Positions 50,070 through 61,851 of a stretch of 64,000 nucleotides of DNA are shown here, piece after piece. Below the pieces are notes generated by a model. The model was not told where the DNA came from. It made no database searches and saw only the letters and a list, made by a program, of their open reading frames with translations. Source of the stretch: Candidatus Spongiisociaceae bacterium (GTDB taxonomy: Bacteria; Actinomycetota; Acidimicrobiia; Spongiisociales; Spongiisociaceae); assembly GCA_965262915.1 (NCBI GenBank), contig OZ253564.1:256001-320000 (forward strand), written 5' to 3'. Position numbers and translations under genes: made by a program. Numbering within the stretch: position 1 is the stretch's first letter; each line of letters starts with the position of its first letter.

Positions 50070-51506
50070 GGCTCATCGATTTCAGTGGGGAGTGACCGAT
50101 GCGAGGAGGTCCCAGTTGGGTTTCCCCGCGTAGAGGAGGGCCCGGATTCGGTAGTTCGCGAAGTTGGGTAACCCGAACGCGATGCGTTTGATCCGTTTGA
50201 TGAGGTTGTTGAGGGCTTCGGTGGCATCTGTTGGTTACCTTGGGTGATGTGCCAGTTGGTGATCTGGGGGGTCCAGCGGGCGATGGTGCGACCTAGCTTG
50301 TTGATCTCCGGTGGGCAGGATTCGTCCTGGAGGTCGTCTGCGAGCTGGAGGGTGTATCGGAGAGCAAGGACCGGACTTTCGATCCCGTAGATGCCCCGTA
50401 CCGTTTCCTTCGCGTGCCAGGCGGTGCGTACCTCCCCGTAGGGGTCACCGGCATCGAGGAGACCACGCAGCCGGGTTTGACCGCGGTCGCTGATCCTCTC
50501 GGAAGCGGCGGTTAGGAGCCGCCGTATCCGATACAGCGGGTCATCCTTGCGGCCTCTGTGTCCCAGGGTTTCGTTCTGGACTCTTCGTCGTAGGTCGTCG
50601 AGTCGCTGGTTGGCCAAGCGGATGACGTGGAAGGGGTCTGCTACCTGCACAGCGTTGGGGAGCACCCGGTTATACGCCTTCCGATAAGGCCCTGACATGT
50701 CCGACACCGCCCAGCGGATCCCGTCGAGCCACTCGGGGGGCTGGGATCGGAACCAGGCTGCGGCGCTATCAGCCGTTCTACCACCGACTATGTCGAACCG
50801 GCTGGTGGCCCCCCACGTCGACGACAGAAGTGCACCAAACCTTGGTTCGCCACCGGCCTTTCCGCCAGAACAACGACTCTTGTCGATGCCCACAGCTCCG
50901 ACCTCGCCTATCCGATCGGTGTCGGCCCCCAGGAGGGCTTCGCCCCAGCGGACGACCTCGTTGTTCACCGTATGCCAATCACAACCAAGCTCCGCGGCGA
51001 CCTCGTCGACCGGACGGCCCCGCCCACCCACCCCGACGGTCACCCACCGGGCCGCTCGGGATGTCAACAACGCCCGTTGGGGACCAATCGTGGGGTCTTG
51101 CTCGATGAACGACCTGATCGCACAGTCGGTGTTCGGGCACGTCCACCGCCGTTTCCGCCACCGCAGCCGAACCGGACGGCCGAACGCCGGTAAATCCACC
51201 AACACAACCGTTCTGTGACCCTTCGACCACACCGGGCCGCCACAGGACTCACACAACGGGCGGGCCTTGCGGGACCCGATCACCACCCCAAGCGGTGCAC
51301 CCTCGCCCGGGTCGTTGATCCCTACCAGATCAACGTCGCCCAGGCCTACCAACTTCTCGCACATGCGCGTAGGATCAGCTTCCACAGGGGTCCTCCTGCC
51401 TCGGATGTCATTGCTGAAGTCCGATTATGGAGGACCCCCCATCACTTCTGGTGGATTACCACTCCCCCTAGCAGATCCCCGACTCCCCACTCATTTCCGA
51501 AGAGCC
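50070..51506 (-). mobile_element. ISL3 copy with frameshifted transposase
   Basis: Both IRs present; several frameshifts; flanks AGCAAAGC/CACAAAGC only partly match. Confidence 0.9.
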
Positions 51507-51991
51507 CACAAAGCCTCAACCTCGGCGACCGCTGCCATCGCGTCGCTCACCATGTAAGACTCCCCGAGTGCTACGACCCATGAGTCCTTCAGCGCGGTCC
51601 GCCGAGCTGGGTCTCTCACTCGGTCAATGAGAGTTTCCACCAAATCCTCAGCCTCGAAGAAGACCTTAAAGCAGTCCTTGATGCGCTGCTCTGCGGCAGG
51701 AAGGACAATAACCGCCGAACGCCGTACCGTCGGGTCAGGATGGTGGTGGACAGCGCTCGCCACCCCGGTACGGAACGAAATAGCGGCCGCATAGTCCGGG
51801 AAGGCAGCGCCGCTCACCGCGTCCCATGCTGACCTCAGAGCGGCCCTCTCATCCCCATCAGACACCGAGCGGATGGCGAGGTTCATCAATATCGTCGCCT
51901 CGCCAAGGGCGGAAAGGGAGTTGTCAAGTCTCTGGTGGGCGGCCCGTAGTCGGGCTCGTAGTTGACGGCGCCGTTTTCGCTTTTCGAACAA
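51507..51991 (-). CDS. Hypothetical helical protein, 3' end cut by ISL3
   Basis: AGGAGG RBS; ORF runs into the IS left IR. Confidence 0.55.
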
Positions 51992-52359
51992 GCCGAACTT
52001 CCTCCTAGGGGGACTGCTCCTACACGGCGACCAACTGCCGTCTCAACTCGGATGGACACCGGCCCTCAAGGTCCAGAGACTCCATAGACCTGACCGTGCT
52101 GACGTTGTCCGATAATAGACATTATGACAACCCGGCCCGGGGGCGTTTCCCCAGGTAGATGGTGGTTTCCAGCGGTCGGTGGCCGGTGGTGTGCATTAAC
52201 ACGGTCGAATATGCGACGGTTAATACTGGTCACCGATGGCCAGCGGAGACCAGGCTGGTAGAGGAGCTCCCGGCGTTTCGGGACGTCGGCCGCATGTGGT
52301 GACCTGCCGGGGACGGCCCGTGTTGTCACTGATCCACAACGGGGTACCGTGAACCCCCT

Positions 52360-52524
52360 ATGAGCAGAGTCCTCCCCCCAGGGCGCCCACCACGCACGTA
52401 TCCTCCCGGCCGCTACTGCGCCACCGACAGCTGCACGGCGCGCCTGTCCATCTACAACCCGACCGACCACTGCTGCCTCCACTCCCTCCGACACCCACTC
52501 AAACGGAACCGCCGAGGCTGGTGA
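52360..52524 (+). CDS. 54-aa putative zinc-binding protein (not in ORF track)
   Basis: MSRVLPPGRPPRTYPPGRYCATDSCTARLSIYNPTDHCCLHSLRHPLKRNRRGW; C-x4-C...C-x2-H. Confidence 0.55.
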   Translation: MSRVLPPGRPPRTYPPGRYCATDSCTARLSIYNPTDHCCLHSLRHPLKRNRRGW

Positions 52525-52643
52525 GACCATCGGGCGGGTAGCCGCTGTCGGCGGCGGGTCGAGCCTCCCGAGTCCTTTCAGAGGTCGGGAGTACGGCAGG
52601 CGCCCACGAACCTAAGGAGGGGTCTCTGGAATATTTGGACGGT

Positions 52644-54052
52644 GGTCTCAATCGGTGAACGCAACGGATGGCTGTCTTGTAGCTTAGAGTTGAGGTAGTG
52701 AAGCGGCGTGTCAGTCCCCGTTGTTTCGGCCGTGTGAGGTTTAGAGGAGTGTTTCGTCGCGATATCTCCGTGGAGGCTCCTTGTGGTCGTGGGTCGTCTC
52801 AATGACCAACGCCGTGGGCATCGGAGTGTTCAAGATGTTTGTTTGGTTACGGCTGTTAATGCTTGGTGGGGTGTTTGCCAGCCGAGGATCTGGCGTGGTC
52901 GGTTGTTTAGTTCTGCTGCTACCTGGTCGTACGCTCTCTGGTCGAGCTTGTAGAAGTTGGTTGACTTGGGGAAATACTGGCGGAGCAGCCCGTTGGTGTT
53001 CTCGTTGGTTCCGCGCTGCCAGGGACTGTTGGGGTCGCAGAGGTAGACTTCGATACCGGCCTTCTCCCGGAGGGTCTTATGGCCGGCGGTCTCCTTGCCC
53101 TGATCCCACGTCAACGTTCTACGCAGGAGTGGGCGGGAAGGCTTCGAGCTGGGCGGCTATCGCGTTGTTCAGTGCCTCAGCGGTGCGGCTCCCTGGGAGG
53201 GCAGCCAGTATCAGGTACCGGGTCTTGGGTTCCACCAGGGTAGCCACGGCGGTTACTCGGTTCCCCACCAGTAGATCTCCTTCCCAATGCCCAGCCTCCT
53301 CACGGGTTTCAACTACGCCGGGTCGGGCTGAGATCAAGACAGGATCCCTGATCACACCCTGGCCTCTCCCTCGACGATGCCCTGTCCGTGGTGTTCGAGC
53401 AGCACGGCGGGTGCGAAGGCATCGCCACAGTTCTTTGCGGAGCACACCACGATGATGGGCGTACACAGACCGGTAGATCGTCTCGTGGCATACCCACATC
53501 GACGGGTCAGTCGGGTACTGGGTACGAAGCCACCCCGAGATCTGCTCGGGTGACTACCGAACTGCCAGTTTGCTCTCCACGAGGATCCGCAGGCGGCTGT
53601 TAGCGGCGAGTTTGGGCACCTTCGGACGTTTCGCTCGTTCACGGACTCGATCCTCAGCGTCAACAGCCCGATAGGCACCCCGCCCACCGTTGGTGTTCAC
53701 TTCACGACAGATCGTCGAGGGCGCGCGGTCAAGCCGCCTGGCTATCGACCGCAACGACTCACCCGCTACCAGCCCCCGAGATATCTCTTCTCGGTCCATC
53801 AGCGACATCCGTGCCGAAGACCAAGCAGGCGGCCCCACAGGCCGCCGGAACCCGTGACGGGCCACATAGTCCCGCACCGTGCTCAACGGCCGCCCGACCG
53901 ACGCCGCTATCTCCCTCAAAGTCTGACCAGCCTCGTACCGATCCCAAATCTCTGTCTGTTCCACAGTATTCATATGACGGCCCATCACAACACCTCCTAC
54001 CCATCCCGACTGGTATTTCCAGACCTAGGTGTTGCGTTGACCCTCTGAGGCC
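52644..54052 (-). mobile_element. IS30-family element; transposase broken by stops and a frameshift
   Basis: GHWEGDL, TWDQGKE, SPWQRGTNENTNGLLRQY; IRs GGTCTCAATCGGTGAACGCAAC / GGCCTCAGAGGGTCAACGCAAC. Confidence 0.88.
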
Positions 54053-54510
54053 ACAGTCCATTTTCTACGGTAACCCCAAGACGCACACACCGCTGTCGCC
54101 GCCGCGGCCCTCCCCGACAACGTCGCCGCCCTGTTGGAGCGGCTACTCAACCGGACCGTCCCGTCCCAGGACCCCGGGACGGGACCTGCAGCTGGCGAAC
54201 ACGGCCGGCTGCCCCCACCTGAGCAACCGTTCACCGCTACCGCCCACCCGCCCACACCGACACCCACCAGCCGACCAGTAGGGGAGCAGTACTGTCCGAA
54301 TGTCCCAGGGCGTCGGGGTTCGGTATCCCCCGATCTGATATAGAATTACAACCATGTTAGTATTAAAGGCGCCGTTTAGGAGTATCTTGGGCGACTTCAC
54401 CGACTATCTGTTTAGGGGAGTCGGAGCTCTTGTCTGCCTCTGATCATCATCGTTGTTGCTCGCTTCGTATGACCTCGGACCCTTACCCGACCCGAAAGGA
54501 ACAACCCACC

Positions 54511-54693
54511 ATGCTGCCCAACCGTGCGGACCGCGTCCTGTTGGATCTCACACGCATCATCGACTCATGTGAAGCTGCGATCGAATACACAGAGAGCGGA
54601 GACGACCCTGATGTCGCAGTTGAGGTCGAGAGGATCAAACGCCACCTCGACGACGCCATCAATGTACTACGCCAAGACGATCTTATCGCTTAA
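54511..54693 (+). CDS. Small acidic helical protein
   Basis: AAAGGA RBS then ATG; 60 aa. Confidence 0.55.
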   Translation: MLPNRADRVLLDLTRIIDSCEAAIEYTESGDDPDVAVEVERIKRHLDDAINVLRQDDLIA

Positions 54694-54716
54694 CCCATTG
54701 CAAAGGAGAAACAGAA

Positions 54717-54905
54717 ATGGAACCCATCGCCGAACGTGACCTGAAGAACATCTTGAACGAAATCGCCGGAGCAGCAGGGAAAGCCCAACGGCAGATCAAG
54801 AGGCGTCGCTACCCGTACGCTGCTCGGCTCATCGCAGACGAGATGGCCTACAACGTGAAAGGCGCTGTCGCCATCGTGGACCGGTACATCAAACCCGTCG
54901 TTTAG
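54717..54905 (+). CDS. Small basic helical protein
   Basis: AAAGGAG RBS; 62 aa. Confidence 0.55.
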   Translation: MEPIAERDLKNILNEIAGAAGKAQRQIKRRRYPYAARLIADEMAYNVKGAVAIVDRYIKPVV

Positions 54906-54959
54906 CCATCATTTGCGATGTGGCTCATCGGATTGAGACCTAATTGCGGCTGTGCCAGA

Positions 54960-55090
54960 AAAGAGCGTGGGGTTTCCCTGTCCGTTTGTCGAGCCGCTTG
55001 GGTTTTGAGCATGGCCAGGATGATGTTGCATCGGCGTCGGGCGACGCAGATGACAACTACGGTTGAGGCCCCGCTGGAATCGGTGAATAG
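54960..55090 (-). pseudogene. IS110 recombinase C-terminal remnant (third type)
   Basis: VICVARRRCNIILAMLKT. Confidence 0.55.
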
Positions 55091-55357
55091 CAAAACCGCC
55101 GATCCGGGAGGGGTCTCGATATCTGATCTTATGTCCGTGCGACTGCCACCTGGGGGGGTGTTCGCGTGTTGGGTGTGCTGGTAGATTCATCCCGGGAGTG
55201 GTCTCGGTGTCGCCATTGTGGGTGTAAATGCGGACGCACATCGCGTTATCCGCCCCCGTCTCCCATAGCTACGAGCGTGATGATCTGCTCAGCTAGCGAC
55301 AGTTGACTCCCAACGGAGTTAGGTTCTCACTTCATCACAGAGCGCTTGTAATAAACT

Positions 55358-56790
55358 GGCTCTTCGGAAATGAGTGGGGAGTAGGGGATCTGCCAGGGGG
55401 AGTTGGAATCCACCAGAAGTGAGGAGGGGTCCTCCATAATCGGGTGTTGGTAATGACATCCGAGGCAGGAGGACCCCTGTGGAAGCTGATCCTACGCGCA
55501 TGTGCGAGAAGTTGGTAGGCCTAGGTGAGGTTGATCTGGTAGGGATCAACGACCCGGGCGAGGAGGCACCGTTGGAGGTGGTGATCCGGTCCCGCAAGCC
55601 CCGGCCGTTGTGTGAGTCCTGTGGCGGGTCGGTGTGGTCGAAGGGCTATCGGACGGTTGTGTTGGTGGATTTACCGGCGTTCGGCCGGCCTGTGCGGCTG
55701 CGGTGGCGGAAACGGCGCTGGACATGTCCGAACCCCGACTGTGCGCTCAGATCGTTCATCGAACAAGACCCCAAGATTGGTCCCCAACGGGCGTTGTTGA
55801 CATCCCGAGCGGCCCGGTGGGTGACCATCCAGGTGGGTGGGCGGGGCCGTTCGGTCGACGAGGTCGCCGCAGAACTTGGTTGTGATTGGCATACGGTGAA
55901 CAAAGAGGTTGGCCGCTGGGGCGAAGCGCTGCTGGAAGCAGACACCGATCGGGTCGGGACCGTCGAAGCTGTGGGAGTGGACGAGACGTTGTTCTGGCGT
56001 CGGGGCCGTTGGCGTACCAAAGTCTGGTGCACCTCTGTCGTCGACGTTGGCGGCCACCAGCTGATCGACATAGTCCCTGGTAGAACAGCAGAAAGCGCCG
56101 CAGCCTGGTTCCGGTCACAACCCACCGAATGGTGTGAGGCTATCCGCTGGGCGGTGTTGGACATGTCCGGTTCGTATCGGAAGGCGTATGACAGGGTGCT
56201 GCCGCACGCGCTGCAGGTAGCGGACCCGTTCCACGTCATCCGCCTCGCCAACCAGCGTCTCGACGAGGTACGACGAAGAGTCCAAAACGAAACCCTCGGG
56301 CATCGAGGCCGCAAGGATGACCCGCTGTATCGGATACGGCGGCTCCTAACCGCTGCGCATGAGAGGATCAGCGACCGGGGTCAAATACGGCTGCGTGGTC
56401 TCCTCGATGCTGGTGACCCCTACGGGGAAGTGCGCACAGCCTGGCACGCGAAAGAGACGGTACGAGGCATCTACGGGATCGAGAGTCCGGTCCTTGCTCT
56501 CCGATACACCCTCCAGCTCGCAGACGACCTCCAACACGAATCCTGCCCACCCGAGATCAACAAGCTGGGTCGTACCATCGCCCGCTGGACCCCCCAGATC
56601 ACCAACTGGCACATCTCGAAGGTAACCAACGGACCCACCGAAGCCCTCAACAACCTCATCAAACGGATCAAACGAGCAGCGTTCGGGTTCCGCAACTTCG
56701 CGAACTACCGAATCCGCGCCCTTCTCTACGCGGGGAAACCCAACTGGGACCTACTCCCATCGGTCACTCCCCACTGAAATCCGATGAGCC
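55358..56790 (+). mobile_element. Intact ISL3 with 8-bp TSD AATAAACT
   Basis: TSD at 55350-55357 and 56791-56798; near-identical to the 16951 copy. Confidence 0.96.
55479..56777 (+). CDS. ISL3-family transposase
   Basis: Three substitutions relative to 17072-18370 in the supplied translations. Confidence 0.95.
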   Translation: MEADPTRMCEKLVGLGEVDLVGINDPGEEAPLEVVIRSRKPRPLCESCGGSVWSKGYRTVVLVDLPAFGRPVRLRWRKRRWTCPNPDCALRSFIEQDPKIGPQRALLTSRAARWVTIQVGGRGRSVDEVAAELGCDWHTVNKEVGRWGEALLEADTDRVGTVEAVGVDETLFWRRGRWRTKVWCTSVVDVGGHQLIDIVPGRTAESAAAWFRSQPTEWCEAIRWAVLDMSGSYRKAYDRVLPHALQVADPFHVIRLANQRLDEVRRRVQNETLGHRGRKDDPLYRIRRLLTAAHERISDRGQIRLRGLLDAGDPYGEVRTAWHAKETVRGIYGIESPVLALRYTLQLADDLQHESCPPEINKLGRTIARWTPQITNWHISKVTNGPTEALNNLIKRIKRAAFGFRNFANYRIRALLYAGKPNWDLLPSVTPH

Positions 56791-57305
56791 AATAAACTGT
56801 ATATACGATCAAAGGCAGCTGATGTCAGAATCACGTGAGTTCCGTTAAGTCGATAGTAGATACCTGGTATCATTGACTTACCGATACTCCATCTCGTCTC
56901 CGACGTGGGAAAACGTGACCAAACTGGTTCCGATTCCATTATCTGCCTATACCGGCGAACCGTATCTACGCACGTGTTATCGCGAAGTGTATCTAAATCT
57001 CCGCCCGTATGAGCAACTGCATTCCTGATACAGACTAGGGCACTGAACTCATCTTGTGGTAGAGAAGGACGATTCGTCCAAGGCTTAGGACCTAATGTAC
57101 TTTCAACAATAGCAAAAGAAATCATGAGGAAGGCAGCCGCGTGAAAATGAGTCCACATCTCTTGGAGGTTATCTTCAGTCTCTGAACTGAGATTAAGGAA
57201 TTGAGGTAGACGATCTATCTCGCGTTGCGTTGCATCCCTTAGTGTTGCAAACATATCAGTTATGAGCTGACCGTCGTCCCAGCCAGATGGCATCGGAACT
57301 CCCAT
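56791..57305 (-). CDS. HEPN-like protein; native C-terminus (55319-55357) displaced by ISL3
   Basis: IVE...IRNAVAH (Rx4H); low GC; removing the IS restores RIYSLLQALCDEVRT-stop. Confidence 0.65.
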
Positions 57306-57531
57306 CGGTACCTCCTCACGCAATCGTCACTGGATAATGTGGTCTTGGACTAAACCATACACAGCATGAACTTGGGAGGGTTGAACTGCGGCGGTGGCTT
57401 GCGGACTGTAACAGTCGACCCGCCGCCCGCCTCGAGGCGTATCACGAACGATGCGGGCCTGACTGGGGATGGTAAGGATCCCTGACGGCGGGCGGCGGCT
57501 CCTCACGTCCAGCGATGGTGGTGGCAGGGAG

Positions 57532-57852
57532 CTATGGCGCGAGGTCGGCTGCGAACTGTGGGATGCTTATTGTGATGGTGGACCACAGCAGGTCGTAGTC
57601 CACATTGTTGTAGTCGTGAGCGATGAGGTTACGCAGGTCTTTGGCCAATCGGAGCGGCAGATGGGGGCGGGCACTGTGGAACTGTTCCGACAGGTTGGCA
57701 GCGGCTTCGCCGATTATCTCAAGCTGACGTTCGGCGGCGCTGCGGGTCTGCCAGCTGCGGTCGAAGGTCGCTCGTCCAGACGCGACTATCTCGGCGAGGT
57801 GGCCGCAGGCCTCCAGGATGTCGTTGATGCGTTGGTCGTCGCTTCTGGTCAC
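57532..57852 (-). CDS. HepT-like (DUF86) HEPN toxin
   Basis: LEIIGEAA, LRNLIAHDY. Confidence 0.9.
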   Translation of the reverse strand: MTRSDDQRINDILEACGHLAEIVASGRATFDRSWQTRSAAERQLEIIGEAAANLSEQFHSARPHLPLRLAKDLRNLIAHDYNNVDYDLLWSTITISIPQFAADLAP

Positions 57853-58139
57853 AGCCCGATAGCGTCTTCGAGGACACCGCTATGCCTGTCTTTGAGGCCT
57901 CCCGCGGAGAGCACATCAACATGGCGTCCTAGCAGGTCTTGGAGTTCGTTGCGGAGACCGGCGAGGTCGAACAGTGTGGCCCCGGGGGCGAAGGTTGCGA
58001 GGAAGTCGTAGTCGCTGTCGGTGGTGTCGTCACCGCGGGCGACCGAGCCGACGAGGGCGATGGAGTCTACTTTGTGGCGTGCCGCGACGGCCCGGATAGC
58101 TTCGCGGTGGGTTACGAGGACATCGTCACGCAGGCTCAC
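57849..58139 (-). CDS. MNT nucleotidyltransferase antitoxin
   Basis: GSVARGDDTTDSDYDFL; GTGA overlap with toxin. Confidence 0.9.
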   Translation of the reverse strand: MSLRDDVLVTHREAIRAVAARHKVDSIALVGSVARGDDTTDSDYDFLATFAPGATLFDLAGLRNELQDLLGRHVDVLSAGGLKDRHSGVLEDAIGL

Positions 58140-58657
58140 AGGGCTGATGATAGAGCCTGTTCACAGTTGACGATACGGCCGTTCCGAGTTGGTCCACGAG
58201 CGGGGTAGCAACGGTGCTCGAATACGTCTACCCCGAACTTGCAGGTCGACGGCGGCTTGTAAGACCTTATCGTGTCTGACCTCAATCGGGCCGGGCTCGC
58301 GACAATAGACTCACCTCATGTGACGGGTACTCACGATGGTTAAATGCTTGCCAAACAATCAAGCGAAATGGGCGCCCGAGTCCGCGCATTCGTCACTGAA
58401 ACCGATTCGGTGTGACGGTTGCTGAGCGAGGCCGACCGGCCGACTCGGGGGGCCAGCACCCCTGTCCTCAGCGGCTTGGACCGTTTTGCAGGTATGGGGG
58501 CATTATCTGCCGTCGGAGCCCTACCGACACCGCCCCCACCTGGGGTTCCCCAACTGCTGGGAATGCACGAAGCGGTCGGATTATCTGCCGTCGGCGGTTC
58601 TGTCACACCCCGCCCCCTGCATTGAAGGGTGACAAAGCCGACCAAGGAGCACCGGGA

Positions 58658-59509
58658 ATGGCCGAAACCAAGACCGTTTACCTGCCGGATCGGGGGCCGG
58701 TGGCCGTCTCCCTCGACGAGTGGGAGTACCTCGTCGGTGGGATCGGACACAAGGTGGACTCCTTCACCATCGACCCGCCGCTACGGGACCAGCAGTCGGG
58801 GCAGGGCGAACCCGCCGAGTTCGTCGTCGACGTGTACCACCAGGACGGCCGCTACCTGATGGTCGGGCACCACTTCGGCTCCGTCTGGAGCGTCCGCCAC
58901 GAAACCATGCGGCTGGTGCGCAGCGATTGGATTACCTGCAGGACTTCCTGAAGAAGTATGTGAAAGTAGATGAGTTTCTGTAGCCCGGTTGGTGTAGGAG
59001 AGGGGTGAAATGCCAGACGATATATACCGCGGGCGGGTAGCCATGCAGCGAAGGCTCGATGAGCTATTCCCTCGCGGGCTGAGCCTGGAGGTTTTGGACA
59101 CGGAGTTGGTTCCGGGTGTGCCGGTCCAGACGGGCATACAGGCCCCGTGTGGGCGGGTGTTCTGTTCTGCGATGGTGATGCTGGGTGAGCCGTTGCCTAC
59201 GTTGTGGCTGCTGCGGTTCGACTTCACCACGCGCATCGACCCTGACCCTTGGGTGGAGCTTGGCAGGCCCTGGGAGGCGTGGATGGACGGGTATTTCACG
59301 ATGCTCGCCAGCAGACGTACCGTTCTGACACGTATCGATTCAAGGTTCTGGACCAAGACGGAGATCCGGTCGGCTGGACGGCGTATGTTGATGCGGACCC
59401 GTCGGAGAATGGGCCGCTGCAGCGGGCTGTTAAACCCCGGTATCGGCGCTATGCCACCGAGCGGTGGGAGCAGGAGTTGTTTCCGGAGGGGCTGGCGATC
59501 GATGGTTAG
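58658..59509 (+). pseudogene. Two hypothetical genes (58658-58983, 59010-59509), each apparently frameshifted
   Basis: RBS-led starts; protein-like sequence switches frame near 58915 and 59315. Confidence 0.4.
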
Positions 59510-59777
59510 GGCGGCAGGAGTGGATTTTATGCCGGATCCCACGACGACGCAATCGAGGCTGTCGGGGCGGTGATCGACGAACTGGCAGCCACCGCCACCG
59601 AGCTGCGCCGCGAGCTGTCGCAGCAGCTCCTCGCCGCCCGCCTCCCCGTACCCCTCGGCTGAAGCCCAGCCGCCGCGACCGCCCCTTACCCGGGCGGTCG
59701 CCCGCGTCCAGGCCCCGGATCCGGAGCGGGTCGCATTGCCCCGCCCTGAGCGGGCAGCGTGGGATACTCCGGAGGGT

Positions 59778-60698
59778 ATGAACCTCGTCCACTTCCCCCA
59801 GGCGCAGGAAGGCCACCCCACCCGGCACGTCCCGCCGGTCGGGGCGGCGGTAGACGCCTTTTTCGTTCACCGGGACCTGGCCCCGAACAGCCGCCGCGCC
59901 TACCGGGCCGCTCTCGAGCCGCTGGTGGAGGCTGTCGGAGCCGACCAGCCCCTAGCGGCGCTCACCCCCGCAGCCGTGGCTGGGGTGTTCACCGATCGGT
60001 GGGGTGGTGCTGCGCCGGCGACGTGGAACACTCGGCGGGCGGCGGTGCGGGCGTTCGTGTCCTGGTGCGAGGACAGATGGACGCTCGGCGTTGACCCGCT
60101 CGCCGGCGTCGGCCCACGCCGCCAGCACACCGACCACACCCGAGCGGTCCCCTACCGGGACCTCGACGAGTTGTGGCGCCGACGGAACGTGCCGCTTCGG
60201 GAGAAGACCCTGTGGAGGATGCTGTACGAGACCGCGGCTCGGGCGTCGGAGGTGCTGGCCCTCGACGTGGAGGACCTGGACCGGCCGCAGCGGCGGGCGC
60301 GGGTCGTTTCCAAAGGCGGCAGCACCGACATGATCTACTGGGCGACCCCCACCGCGCGGCTACTCGCCCGCTACCTCGCAGGGAGGAACATCGGGCCGCT
60401 GTTCCTCACCACAGCCCGCTCCCGCACCCCCACCCACCGCCGAGACCTCCACACCCCGACCGGCCAAGCCCGGCTCAGCTACCGCACCGCCGCCGCCCTC
60501 TTCGGCCGACACTCCGGAGGGTGGACCCTCCACCAGCTGCGCCACTCGTCTCTTACCCATCTGGCAGAGAGCGGAGCGTCGGCGGTCATGCTCCAAGCCA
60601 AAAGCTGCCACCGGGACCTACGCACCCTCAGCCTCTACACCCGGCCCGGTCCCGAAGCCGTCGCCCGCCTCACCGACGACCAGTTCGACAGGCGCTGA
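59778..60698 (+). CDS. Tyrosine recombinase (Xer/TnpI-like)
   Basis: LYETAARASE, SKGG, HQLRHS, H...Y; GGAGG RBS. Confidence 0.92.
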   Translation: MNLVHFPQAQEGHPTRHVPPVGAAVDAFFVHRDLAPNSRRAYRAALEPLVEAVGADQPLAALTPAAVAGVFTDRWGGAAPATWNTRRAAVRAFVSWCEDRWTLGVDPLAGVGPRRQHTDHTRAVPYRDLDELWRRRNVPLREKTLWRMLYETAARASEVLALDVEDLDRPQRRARVVSKGGSTDMIYWATPTARLLARYLAGRNIGPLFLTTARSRTPTHRRDLHTPTGQARLSYRTAAALFGRHSGGWTLHQLRHSSLTHLAESGASAVMLQAKSCHRDLRTLSLYTRPGPEAVARLTDDQFDRR

Positions 60699-60758
60699 GC
60701 GAGGCGTCACCCACCTTCTTCGGGCCACCGTCGGCTACGTCACCGCAGAGCGGAGGGG

Positions 60759-61440
60759 CTAGCCGGCTCGCTGCCTGTAGTTGTCGATCATTTGCTGGCT
60801 GATATCGCTTTCATCGCAGAGCGGCGACTCCCCGCCGGGACGGCTGTGGGCGCTCCGTCCCCCGCATCGGCGGCCCGCCCGGTCTGTGGAGTACGGACAC
60901 GGGCAGCTACCAGAGTACGCGTTGATCGACTCGCGGATCAGTACCTGTTTGATCGCCGTATCCGACAGCGTCGGCGCGACTGTTGTGGTGGTGGCAGGAT
61001 CGATGTAAGTGGCGCATTGGTCCTCCCACGCGGTTTGTGTACCTCTACCCCATACTCCGTCGGCGGTGACTCCAAGCCCTTCCTGCACTGCTCGGATATC
61101 GCCTGCGCGTGCGTCCGGGCTGCAGAACCAGGGGATGTTGAGAAACGCGGCAAGGCGTTCCTCCCCGCCGCGCAGAAAGGTAGCCATGTCGGCGCGAGTC
61201 GCTCCGTCGGGAAAGACACGGGCGACCACCGTCGCGATCTGGTGTTCGGGGATCACCGAGTCGGGTCTGAAGGTACCGTCGTCGTATCCGACGAACCAAC
61301 CCTGGGAAGCGGCATACTCGATGTCCGCATATCGCGGATGGCTGGTTTGGACATCTGAGAACCGCCCGGCAGCGGCAAGCACCGCTGCGGCCACCGCGAC
61401 GGCCACAGCAGCGGTACACAAGACTGAGAGGCTTCTACGC
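60759..61440 (-). CDS. Secreted SLH + peptidoglycan-binding + Cys-rich domain protein (start uncertain)
   Basis: FSDV...GYDDGTFRPD; ADGVWGRGT; YSGSCPCPY...CGGRSA. Confidence 0.75.
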
Positions 61441-61851
61441 ACTGGACCCGACCTCCGATAGGCGCAGACAGGGATGCTACCGAAGAACGCAGTCGCCGGA
61501 CTGATGGACTTGAGAGTCTTACGATCCCGCCACCCCGGACAACCCAAACCGCTTCGCCGGCAGCTCCCTCTTTAGCCTGAATTCACCGATGGGGAGGGCG
61601 CAGCGGACATGGAGATATGGTGGAAATGCCTCCTGATCTGCGGCGATAGCTATTGGTAAGGATGGTTCGGTCCTGGGAAGAGGAGCAACTTCCTGTGAGT
61701 GGTGGATCCCGGAGATCGCCCTGGTCAGGATTGGTTTTCGGAATATGAATCGGTGGATTCAGGTTTAGCATGTGCACTCACCAGCCGGCCCCCGGGTCGG
61801 GTGGGGGTTCAGGTGACAGGTGCTTGGGCCGGGTGTGGCGGGATCGGGGTG

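Noticed and set aside
49847-51385. 512-aa intact-looking ISL3 ORF
   Set aside because: Compensating frameshifts and an out-of-frame tail past the IR; treated as a pseudogene.
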